From: Selaginella moellendorffii
Taxonomy: Eukaryota > Plantae > Lycopodiophyta
DNA: 64,000 nt
Direction: 5' to 3'
Assembly (NCBI RefSeq): GCF_000143415.4
Contig: NW_003314269.1
Coordinates: forward strand, 2,053,544 to 2,117,543
Part shown: positions 12,741 through 24,857 of the stretch, piece after piece
Position numbering within the stretch: position 1 is the first letter of the stretch
How the letters are laid out: every line of letters starts with the position of its first letter
Made by a program: the position numbers and the translations under genes
The notes under the pieces: model-generated
Seen by the model: the letters and a program-made list of their open reading frames with translations, nothing else
What the model was told of the DNA's origin: nothing
Database searches by the model: none

Positions 12741-13336
12741 ATAATTTAAAAAGGTTAAAAGTTGGTGTGAGAATTTTAGAGAAAAATACCTATGATCACA
12801 ATTGAAAATGTTGATTAAACTCTTGAAATCATCTGTAGCTACTTGGAATTCTTGTACTAGGCAAATAAATTTTTGGACATCAAATAAAAAGGAGCAAAAT
12901 AAAATATCACCGTGTTTTAATTGTAATGCCCTAGGCTACCTAGGTCATGTGAGACAAAATTTATGATAATGATGAAATTGATGTTTATGAATGACTATAT
13001 TTTATTCAAATAAACATGTTTAAACAAAATTCATGTTCCCCTAGGTCATGCATGACGAAATTCCCTACACTTAGAAATTTTTTCTTGCGAATACTTTGGG
13101 CCAATACATGTGAGCTCCCATGTATGAGCTTGTCCCCCAGCCATGCTGTCATTCCCAGTTTGCCATGTCAAAGCTTATGTGGCAAAGGAGAATGAGATTT
13201 AACAAGAGGCATATTCCATGGGGAGAATTGCATAATGTGCCTTTCCCATGCTCACTCCTCGCTCCCTCTGCAGCGTGCTTAAGTCACGCCCAGCTCTGCA
13301 CCCTAAATGTTTAACAACTAATTATAAATTAGTAAG

Positions 13337-14500
13337 GCCAAACTTTAATTAATAAATGTTGTTAATAGATATGTTAATGACTATAGCTTTATAATTAGCC
13401 AATGAATGAAAGGAACACTCAACCTTTTATTTTGCATGTGGATGCTTCTGAAGTTAATCTTAGAGGCATATTGATAATTTATAAGTATATTTGGTTTAGG
13501 TTTTTCCTCATTATGTTTTATGTTTGTGCTCCTTATATTTTCTTTCTTATTTTATTCATTCTCTTTAGTATTATGGCTAGATTGAAATATATAGATCATG
13601 CTCAAGATACTATTCTTTTTTTTCTGATCTTATTGAGAGAACTAATAGTAAATTAAATTATTTTACCTTTTGTATTACAATTAGTCTTCTTTTAAAAGAG
13701 AGATAATGTGAAATATGTCATCAACCAATGAAATATTAATTTGATAATCAAGGTTGTAAAGATGGTTTGAAGTGGAATTATAAAAATTGCAATACCACAA
13801 GATCTTTTAGAATTAATACTTGTTTTATAAATAGTAATTTCACATTTGCTTAAATGCTTAGAGTGATATTTTTTTGGTGCATTAAAATGCCACAAGATCA
13901 AACTCGTATTGAGTGTAGTGTTAAAATTGAGCACACAACAACAAATTGGTACAACTTTTGTCATGATATTTGTGTTACAATGAGGTAGTCAAAAGATTAG
14001 TGGTCTAGAAGAATTTTGGAAATTGATGAAATTAAGTTTAGTAAGAAAAAATATAATTGTGGTAAAAGAGTAGAAAGTCAATGGGTCTTTGGAGGAATTG
14101 AACATAATTCAGATTGAATATTTATGGTTTTGGTGGTGGATCGTACTACAAAAACTTTAATTGATATATTATATACATATGTTGAACCAGGTAAGTTCTA
14201 TTTCTATTATTATTCTCAACTAATATTTATAATCAATTTTTTAGGATAATTATATATAGTGATTGTTGGGCTGGTTATAATTCAAAATGGTTGAATCAGT
14301 TAAATTTATTCATTATACAGTCAACCACTCCCAAAATTTTGTTTATCCCGTGACTAGAGTTCATACAAATCATATTAAATCAACATAGAATGTAGTGAAA
14401 AATCCTTTACTCACTATGGTACAACAAAAGGATTATACAACTCTTACTTTCAAGAATATATTTGGCAAAAGATATATATTAAAAGAAAAGAAACTACATT
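13337..14500 (+). mobile_element. Merlin (IS1595/ISXO2-like DDE) DNA transposon remnant, 5' part
   Basis: NWYNFCHDIC, EIDEIKFSKKKYNCGKRVESQWVFGGIE, DRTTKTL..YVEPG, intron 14191-14244, IIYSDCWAGY, HYTVNHSQNFV.P.TRVHTNHIKST, YFQEYIWQK. Contains frameshifts and stops. Left boundary is uncertain. Confidence 0.8.
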
Positions 14501-15804
14501 TGTGAGTGTATGGAATATGGAAAGGGAATACAGAAAATGTATATATTAATTAGCCCAAAAACTCTAATTTATGTATAGGAGCAAGTAGTCCAGATTGAAA
14601 GCAGTTCGATGGCTACCAAAATCCCACTATACTAATATTAGTATATGGCATCGTAGCCATACACTTGGACCTCACATCATCCCTTCCTCTCGGAATAATG
14701 AAAGACTATCAGGGTTCTATCATAGATGGGTCGGGATTTAGAGGAACATCAAGAGGAGACATCGGTGGATTTGTAGATGGTACTAGTTGTTTCTGATCCC
14801 TTTGAATGAAGTGTTTCAACTGTTGTACATGCATAATTTCTGGAAGATCAACCTTGCCACAACACCCAATACAGTCCTTTCCACTAAGCAAGAAGCCCCT
14901 TAAATAAACCACATACCATAAAATGGGAAAAACACTTAGGCTATGTATAAGTGGGACAACAATGGCACTACAACTCCTATCATTATCCACCTACGAAGTA
15001 CAAAGTGGATGACTTCATATTAGTGCATGACATTAACTAAAACATGAGCCTCATTCTAACAAAAACCATACACCTATAGGCACCTTGTCATGAATTCCCC
15101 TCAATACCCTGTGCGTCTCAGATTTACTAGAAGAGTCCTTTTCATGATGTTCTTCGTGAACAACCTATGCGATCGGAGCTAGCTTAGAAAAATAACCACA
15201 CAAAGTTATGAGGTTGTTATTCCACTCCCAATTGGAATCAAAGGTTGTGGGTTCTTTCATGGGATTGAAAGAATTGGGGTGTTGTCAAGTGTCCCACTCA
15301 ATTGTTGCTCACAGGGCGTGACCTTCTTTCTCTTATATAAGCTTGATTATAGGTGGAGAGCAGACGCATAGAGCGAGTTGAAGAAGTGGCACTTGAGCAA
15401 AGCTTAAATGAAATTCCAGGAATCACTCATGGAATGTATCACCAAAACCTGACCTTCAAAGACCGTTCTAGGAAATACACATTGGTATTGATATTATGTT
15501 TCAATAATATCAATTGAAGGAATTGCATTGATATTGGAAATGCGTAATATTGATAGACTGGCACATAATATCGGTTTTGTTGATATTGATTAGTTGGATT
15601 GTCGTCAGGGTAAAGATGGACGACAAAACTGTTGTGAGTGTTGGAGGGAATAATAACTTTGTTAGGTTAGTGGAGTTTTATATTTGATTGTTTATACCGA
15701 CTGTCACATTTTTCGGTTGGTTAATATGTATAAGGAGACAAATCTGTATGTCACATGGCATACAAGGTCAAGGACACTAAACTCTAACTATGAGAACAAG
15801 CCAA

Positions 15805-15950
15805 AGGGCATGCCATGTGTCAATGTGGCAAACATTGAAAACCATAAAACTCTGAGCACAAACCAAAGTGCATGCCATGTGTCAATATGGCACACATTGA
15901 AAACCATAAAACTCTATAGATCAAACCAAAGGCTATGCCACGTGTCAAAA
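15805..15950. repeat. About 2.5 copies of a ~60-bp unit (tgccatgtgtcaat.tggca...cattgaaaaccataaaactct) inside an unclassified insertion
   Basis: Direct repeats are visible at ~15811, ~15873 and ~15935. Confidence 0.65.
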
Positions 15951-16627
15951 GAAGTGGAGTGTGGTCCCCAAAATTTTGATAAGTGTCATTTATTGATATT
16001 GGAAATCTGGGGTTGCTGTTTTCTGGTATTGGGTCAGTGATTCTGACCCAACAAAATAAAGAAGGCCATCTTCAGAGAAATATTGAGAATATAAATGCCG
16101 AAATGCTAAATCATCAATAAGTGATACAAGATTCTTAAACCCATCTCGGAGCATTCGAATCCATAACTCAATCTTTTGAGCCTCACGAACCTCATCAAGA
16201 AAAGGTAAATTTTTTTCTACACCTTGTGAACACTGAATGCCAAGTACAGCAATGGCCGATGGCACAAAATCCTCGTCTAAAAAATCCACAAATGCTGGTA
16301 ACAAGCTCGTTAGAAATATGAAAAGAGAGCAAAGAAGGAAGAAGAGCTTGGGAAAAGGCATCAGCATCAACAATAAAAATCCTCGAGTGATGAATAACAT
16401 AAAAGTCATATATCTGAAGCTTTAAAGCCCACTAAGCAATACGACTAATTAAATTCTTCTATTTCAATAATGAAGTAACAACAGCATGATCACTTTTAGT
16501 AACATCCAAAAACCATGTAAATATGCATGACCCTAGACTACTACTAAACACTCCTCCTCTATCGTGGAGTATTTTGCCTCTGCTAGTTGTAATGTATGGC
16601 TTATATATGCAATGAGATGGCATTAAC

Positions 16628-19600
16628 TATAGCGCACGTGGTTTTGACCCTTTATCCTATGGTGATTTACCATAGGATAACACCACGAAGCGGAACCTAA
16701 ACCCTCTTTGTGCCACGTGACAGATGCCATATGTCACATGCCACGTGTCCATGCCACGTGTCCATAGGAACCCGAGGTTCAAGGCCTTGGGCCATTGAAC
16801 GAAGGAATGGTGCCAAACTCCCAAGCATGGAGCCAAGGAGTGACGGAACCGAACCACGGAGCAACTCCCGAGCATAAAGCCCAAGGAGCGAAGGGACAGG
16901 AACCTGGAGCGACTTGGAACAGTCCTGGAGCAACCAGCATCCCAATGCTAGGACCAGCACGCAAAACGGAGCCAAACGGAGTCTGGCGCTATTTCGGCAT
17001 ACCGGTGGCCTAACGCGAGAATATGGGTACTCCACCAGCTAGCATGGAATGGAACTTGGGCTTAGACCCAAGCCGGACGCAAAACAAGGACAGGCACACA
17101 AGCGGGAGTTAGATTATGCCTCAGGTTGGTCGGCCATGCCCAACCTACCGACTATCCCTACTATACATTTGGAACTCCCCCACAGCCCCCCCCCCCCTTG
17201 AGGAACACACGCTTTGGGCTTTCACCCCAAGCCTCCCTTAGTATCAGGAGTTAGTCTCTGGGACAAGCTCAAAATTTACTAAATATGGAATGTCCCTAGA
17301 TTGTGAATTTGGACATGGGACGAACACTATTGTGTTCGGGACGATCTCTACATTCCATAGATATGCTAAATGAGAAAATCTGGACACTTTCCATAAATAG
17401 CATTTGGGACCGAAATGAGACCAACACAAAGGGCATGATAGCAAGGGTGTTTGGCAGACACGGTAAGCTATCATCTAGCGATATTGAGGGACCAATCTCA
17501 ATATCGCGGGGGTTCCCAACACTAGCAAGTGCAAGTCAACGAATGAGTTTCTCTAACCAAGTCAAGTATGCTTGACAAATAGCACGTAAGAATTCCGTCC
17601 TTATGCCCATCTGGTCAAGTGCACACGCGAAGACTAGTTTCTCAACTAGCTTAGGCAGAGATTGATAACGGGCCCAGCAATACCGACCTCCTACCATCGT
17701 GGCAGTAAGGTAAGAGTGTCCATAAGGACTAGCCGACAGGTAACTTTCGATACCCGAAGTCACATTCATGACACTCTCCCCCCCTAGGGAAGATCGACGT
17801 CCTCGTCGATGCATACTCAAGTCTAGAATACCGCCAAGGAAACAACTCCAGAAAAAATTCACAGTACTCACACTATGTGAGAAATGCACCAACTTAAATG
17901 AGTTAGGGGTAACCTCTTTGTCTAATGCGGATGCGCTACCAGCTCAGACACCTTCTGGCCGTTGCCGACAAGGAAATGACCAACGGAGTCAGCCACCCTT
18001 GCTGCTCTGAGAGTCACCCAACTTACAAAAGTGTGATATGCCCCTGCCTGCAGGAACATAGAGAGAGAAGCCAAAGGCCCCAACCCTCCTAAGCAAAGAA
18101 ACCAAACCCGTCGGTAAGGTTTAGATAGACTATTGTAAACAGGCAGTTAGAGTTGTTTACACGGTCACGCCCTTTTTAACGGAATAAGGAACATCGACAG
18201 AGAGGCGGGTTATGTGACCAATCGACAATAGCTACCCCATGACTAAAGATTTCAACATGCACACAAAGTGCCAAAGCCAGTCTGCCTATACTAGCCCAAA
18301 CTCAAAGATCAATAGATGGACATTATCAAAGTCAAAGACAATGATATCTTAGAGACTTAATTACTAGTGATGAAATCTTAGATTAGAACATAATAGTATT
18401 CTAAGTAAGTTATCATCCGATAAACCAATATTATTGTAGATAGGAACCACCAAGATCATCATAGTTGGTAAACATAGGATTCACCATCAAACAAAATTCA
18501 ATAGTAAGTATATCATCAAGTAAACTCAATGATAAAGTTTAACTATTAAAGATTGCAGACAGAATGCCAAACAACTTACGAAAAATAACTCAAAAAACAC
18601 AAAGTATCATGGACTGACAAGCAAAATGCTCGCAAATGTATCACCCAAAGGAAATAACATCCAAATCTATCAAAACTAACTCAAGCAACAATCAATAGAA
18701 GAGAATGAATGCGGTAAGACCAATAAACACTCATTCCTGCCAACTATCACAAAAGCCAATCTAAATAGATCCCAGCTAACAATATCAAGGAACTCAAGTT
18801 GCCTAAACAAGTGTCAGCAACATCCTATTGATGTCTCAAACCCAAGAGACCAATCTAAGGCAAACCACAAAAAACATGTGGTATTGCGAAAAGCTAAAAG
18901 TTTATCAAAGAGAATAACTAACCATCATGAAAGATCATCAATCATCCCATCAAAAGAGATATGCATAATCATTGTCGAAGAAACAATCTATCAACAATAA
19001 TCAAGTAAAACCTCTGATAAGGATAATCAACTATCTTAGATGATAATCAATCATCACCAATGACTACAAGATGCAAAAGCCAACTTCAATATTGAAGTTA
19101 ATGAGCCATAATGCCTTCCCCAACAACTTCTAACAAATGAAACAACGAGCATAAAACTCAAAGAATCAAAAGCTCGAAGAAGTCTATAGCCAAGTCTTTC
19201 CTAACAATGATCACAAATCTTACATGAGCTAACTTTAATGCTAAAGAAGAAATTATGGTGCAACCCACAATATCTTCCTCAACACATCCATAAGCTAAAT
19301 TTCATAATGCCAAAGCTAATGAAGAGCATATCTGCATCAATCCAAAAGCTAAGCATAACGAAGCTATGCTCAACAAGTGATCACCAAACGATCCTTCATG
19401 AATCCATCTATAGCAATACGTAACTCACATCATAACAAGCACAAGAAGAATCATCAATGATCGATATATTCCAACTCAAATCCAATAAGGATTTAAACAT
19501 TTCAATATCGATCACTAACTCTTCCGCTTGTAGAGTTAGCATAGTCCACAACTGAATCACTTTTCAAGGAAAAGCCAAAGCTCAACCTTTACTAAATAAT

Positions 19601-22600
19601 CTCGTCTAGAACATAACTAACTCAAACTTGCCATTCAATTCGTTTGAACGTCAATACAGTTGCTAACTAGCAAATGCACAAATGCCAATAACATAAAGCC
19701 ATAGCCAAATCATCAACACTATCTTCATCGAGACTAGTGAACTCAATATCAATCTTATAAAAAAACATCTCATTTCACTTGAATCTCAACATCAATATTG
19801 TCAATGACAAGGCATCACTTCAATGTCATCAACACCATAACAAAGCTAAAAGAAAGCACGAGTGAATCACCACTCAAAACTCTTTAGCAACTAAGCTAAC
19901 CAAAGTTGAAGATACTTTACTTAGTATCCGAGACTAATTCTTCAACAATATTCAGCCATAGATAACACTTTATCAAGGAGAGAATCACCACGTCCAAGAC
20001 TCAATGAAATCCAACACTACGAACTAAATGCAACCAAATGATATCGACAGAGGTAGAGTCAATATACCAACATGGAAAACCATATAAGTCTAATGACATG
20101 ATCCTCCGCAACACGATCCGGTAAAGCAAGCCCATCACTGCTGAATCATCATCAAGTGCAGCAAGTGTCACAGTCTTCGACAAAATCTACAAGCAATCAC
20201 TAGTTGCAAAGTAACCAACAATCACTCTTCAACTTACCTTCTCAAGACCCAGCACTAACCCACATCATCGAGTCATATACTTGTCTAACATGAACGTAAT
20301 ACCTCAGGTATGAGATAAAGGTTCATGGACAAGCATAAACTAAATGACCACTCGAATCCAACTCAACCGCGATAAGCTCACCAATGCATTTAGCCATTAG
20401 CTTTGAGCATGCCTTGAAGAGGTTAGCTACACATGATCAACACTAAGTCGAAACTTAAGTGAAGACCATGAGATGGACTCATGTTGGCACACAACCTCCA
20501 CTTAGACAAAGCTATAGTATGGGTACCAACATCTCAACCTTAAATGACTAAGTTGGACATCACTATCCTCAGCTAAGGCGCAGAGCCACCAAGACCAAGT
20601 CAAGATCAATGAGAGCTCACTACTCTCATAGAGTCTTACGAAATGCAAGGTGCAACCTGCCTCCAAACATAATGCCACAGAAGAAAGGCACAAGGGTCAC
20701 CCTTCTTAGAAAAGTGCAACGGCCACTTTTCTACACCAACTCCAGACTCTATCCAACTCAATTGCCTTAGCCCCAAAAGTTAGCATCCCTTTCGGACCGC
20801 ATCATACAAACTACCTACTAGGATCTAAACCAACTGAAGTCAACTCCAACCCCTTCACTAGTTTGTATTGGCTTACGAAAACGGAATGGTTTTTGGGCAA
20901 AGTGATAACATATCAGCTATTGGAAAAGTCCAAGAAAATTTGTTGAAAGTTTTCCAACCTAGAGAAAGAATGACTCTCAGTTTAGGAATACAAACTTTCA
21001 AGACTCAACTAACTTCTTTCTACCAACAACTTCACATGAGTTCACCTCAACACAAATTCTCGAGACCCATAGCATGCTTAATCATCGAACATCTTTTTGC
21101 CCATACTTCCGACATTCAACACTGACATCCGTAAAATGCAAATGGAACATCTAAGGCTTGATCACGAAGACCACATCTTCGGATATCCACATTGCACTAA
21201 CACTCTTCTTCAACCACCTTCAAGATCCAATGTGAAGCTAAAACACTAACAAGAAAAATGACATGGAAAATCAAACTTTAAGGAAACTTCCTCATCACTT
21301 AAAATAACAATGCCACTTCCACTAACACAAGTGTTAGTAATGTCAATGCCTCAACCTCACACCTTCTTTATCCAACAATCTACTCCAAGTGTTAATGGAT
21401 CAACTAATGTTAAGCTTAAGTTGGTTCCTTGTTCCTTGAGGATTTGCCCGTTAGGTGTTGGAAAAGGGTTGTAGCATTTATTTGCTATAGCTCATAATGG
21501 ACCACCATCGAGAATCTAGTCAAAGCTATTACAATGCTACTATGTGCAAGTAGACTAGCTTCTCCATCAACCACTTTGGGGTTAATCATCATTTAACCAA
21601 ACAACTACGTAAACACATTGCTCACTATCACATGGATATGATATGAGTATCACAATGACTTGATCATCAATTGAGCAACACCACGAGCAATGCCTATGTC
21701 ATTACTTCAAAGGTTTATATGAATATTAAGTGCCAACTCAATTCAACAAAATGCAACATAAATGCCACACTCCACTAATAGAGATTTACAACACTCAACA
21801 CCACTAACTTTTGTTCACAACATGGACAAGCTCATGCTACTCTCTATCCGACCAAACTCAACACTAATCTAACACCAAACTACTCAAGGAACAATAGCAA
21901 GGTTCCCCAGAAAAGAATTGAGCATTGCAATTCAAGTCTTCCAATAGCAAGCCTAGACTAAATGGTATAGCACTTCAACGCTATCCATCCCACAACTCAC
22001 CATTTGTAAGACCATCATCTCCAACATGCATCAAGGTAGGGACTCTTGATTGCATAATGTGAACACGAGCAATGAGTTAACACCTCATTGCAAATCATTT
22101 CTTCAAGAAGAGAAAATGATTTATGTGTTTGATCCCTCGTCTCTGACGACTCTCTTTTCGGTCTCATCTTTGACTAAACCTCAAGCTTGCGTTCGCACTG
22201 CCTTCAATCCAATCCAAGAAAAGTTTATGAGAGAGCACAGCAATGACTACTTGAACCAATAGACTAATCCCTATAGTCTTGATTGATCCACTTATAATCA
22301 TGCCTAGGAAGGATCCACTAATGCCGTGCTAAATAGCTACGAACCAGCCTATTTGCCACTCATAGCAAACCCAGGGAGGTTTGGTTTCACCCACGGTACA
22401 AGGAACAACTCATGGAACCACCGATAGGCTAATATTAATCCTACCAACTCAGAGTGTAACCTTGAGTTACTAATGTGCCTCACTCACGAGCCCAAGCTCA
22501 AACTCGTGTGAACGGAACAACTCAATCCCTCTTGTGAGCCCAAGCCCAAGCTCACATTATCACGGTACAAAAAGGTAACAAAAACCATACCTAAGGAACG

Positions 22601-23865
22601 ATTGTGAAGCCTTTGCACCAAAATGTGTACCCACTCGGATCATCGTTTTCATCTCTGCGTATGCAACGAGACTAGTTGCCCAATCTCATTGGATAGCACT
22701 CGCTGAGATGTATCCTCTGATACCAAATGTAGCGCACGTGGTTTTGACCTTTTATCCTATGGTGATTTACCATAGGATAACACCACGAAGCAGAACCTAA
22801 ACCCTCTTTGTGCCACGTGACAGATGCCACATGTCACATGCCACGTGTCCATAGGAACCCGAGGTTTAGGGCCTTGGGCCACTGAACAAAGGAACGGTGC
22901 CAAACTCCCAAGCATGGAGCTAAGGAGTGACGGAACCAAACCATGGAGCAACTCCCAAGCATAAAGCCCAAGGAGCGAAGGGACAGGAACCCGGAGCGAC
23001 TTGGAATAGTCCTGGAGCAACCAGCATCCCAATGCCAGGACCAGCACACAAAACGGAGCCAAACGGAGTCTGGCGTTATTTCGGCATACCGGTGGCCTAA
23101 CGCGAGAATATGGGTACTCCACCAGCTAGCATGGAATGGAACTTGGGCTTAGACCCAAGCCGGACGCAAAACAAGGACAGGCACACAAGCAGGAGCTAAA
23201 CTATGCCTCAGGTTGGTCGGCCATGCCCAACCTACCCACTATCCCTACTATACATTTGGAACCCCCCCACAGCCCCCCCCCCCCCCCCCTTGAGGAACAC
23301 ACGCTTTGGGCTTTCACCCTAAGCCTCCCTTAGTATCAGGAGTTAGTCTCTGGGACAAGCTCAAAATTTACTAAATATAGAATGTCCCTAGATTGCGAAT
23401 TTGGACATGGGACGAACACCATTGTGTTCGGGACAATCTCTACATTCCGTAGATATGCCAAATGAGAAAATCTGGACACTTTCCATAAATAGCATTTGGG
23501 ACCGAAATGAGACTAACACAAAGGGCATGATAGCGAGGGTGTTTGGCAGACACGGTAAGCTATCATCTAGCGATATTGAGGGACCAATCTCAATATCATG
23601 GGGGTTCCCAACACTAGCAAGTGTAAGTCAACGAATGAGTTTCTCTAACCAGGTCAAGTATGCTTGACAAATAGCACGTAGGAATTCCGTCCTTATGCCC
23701 ATCTAGTCAAGTGCACACGCGAAGACCAGTTTCTCAACTAGCTTAGGCGAAGACTGATAACGGGCCCAGCAATACCGACCTCCTGCCATCGTGGCAGTAA
23801 GGTAAGAGTGTCCGTAAGGACTAGTCGACAGGTAACTTTCGATACCCGAAGTCACATTCGCGACA
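16628..23865 (-). mobile_element. Non-autonomous LTR element (LARD-like) with ~1.14-kb LTRs (16628-17773 and 22728-23865)
   Basis: 5-bp TSD TTAAC on both sides (16623-16627 and 23866-23870). tRNA-iMet PBS (tggtatcagag on minus) at 22715-22725 and PPT at 17774-17786. The ~5-kb internal region has no recognisable intact pol. Confidence 0.88.
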
Positions 23866-24265
23866 TTAACTAAGTACACTTGGGCTCTTTTGCATCAACA
23901 CACCTCCAAAATTAATATCAAAAACATCCATACACAAAATGAAAGGTCAAATGTAGTTAGAATACACCAAAACCGGAGGAGTTGTTAATAGCTCCTTGAG
24001 ATCCATGAACACCCACTCATAGTCCACAAACTAGATGAAACATGACATTGATGACTTCAGCAACGCTCGCAATAGTGTAGTGCGATCAAAAAGATAATTC
24101 ATAAAATGACTGAGATACTACATCTTGCCCAAGAAGTGTTGCACATCATTCAAATATTTCAGAGTAAGGAACTTTAGAACAACCACAAATTTGTTAGGAT
24201 CAACTTGCAAACCCTCATGAGAAATACAGTACCCAAAATAAATTGTGTCCTTGGACCCAAACACG

Positions 24266-24857
24266 TGTAAACTCTTAAGTTTAAACTTCCCAAGAGATCA
24301 CCCAACTTAGTACTATTTAAACTAAGGGACATTTAACCCCAAATATCCCAAAACCCTTAACCAATTGAAAAAGAGGGTGCATTTTTTTTCATAAGCCCTT
24401 TCCCTTTGTATTTGAACCCTATGGATTGTCTCTCAAGTAGTTCTCTTTGATTACTTACAATCCACCACACTTCCCTACAAGTTCATGCCCTCGTGAACGG
24501 AAGTTGAGAGCCATAGCTATCTCAAGAGCCCCGCTCTTTTAACACCATACCTTAGGTCGAGCCCAGCAAAAGTAAACTGGACCTATCAAATGTCAATCAA
24601 TATGTGGTGTGATTCTTTTATCCAATCAATAGAGTTAGACCCGAGACCCTCTATGATACCAAATGTAAAGTCCTAAATTTTGACTTCCCGAGAGGTCATC
24701 CAACTCAGTATTATTTAAACCTAAGGACACTTAACTTTAAATATCCCAAAACTTTTAACCAATTAAAAAAGGGGTGCACTCTTTTTCATAGGCCCTTTCC
24801 CTTTATATTTGAACCTCATGGATCGTCTCTCAAAGTTGTTTTCTTTGATTGCTTATA
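24266..24857 (-). mobile_element. Cassandra-like TRIM: two ~194-bp LTRs, each carrying a 5S rRNA-like segment
   Basis: LTRs 24266-24459 and 24664-24857 around a ~200-bp internal region. Met-type PBS (tggtatca). TSD ACACG/ACATG. Minus strand aagttaagtgtccttaggtttaaataatactgagttggatgacctctcgggaagtc aligns to plant 5S rRNA aagttaagcgtgcttgggcgagagtagtactaggatgggtgacctcctgggaagtc. Confidence 0.82.

Noticed and set aside
13285-13320. Candidate Merlin terminal inverted repeat pairing with ~27410-27455
   Set aside because: Only a short gcaccct/agggtgc match and no convincing 8-9-bp TSD.
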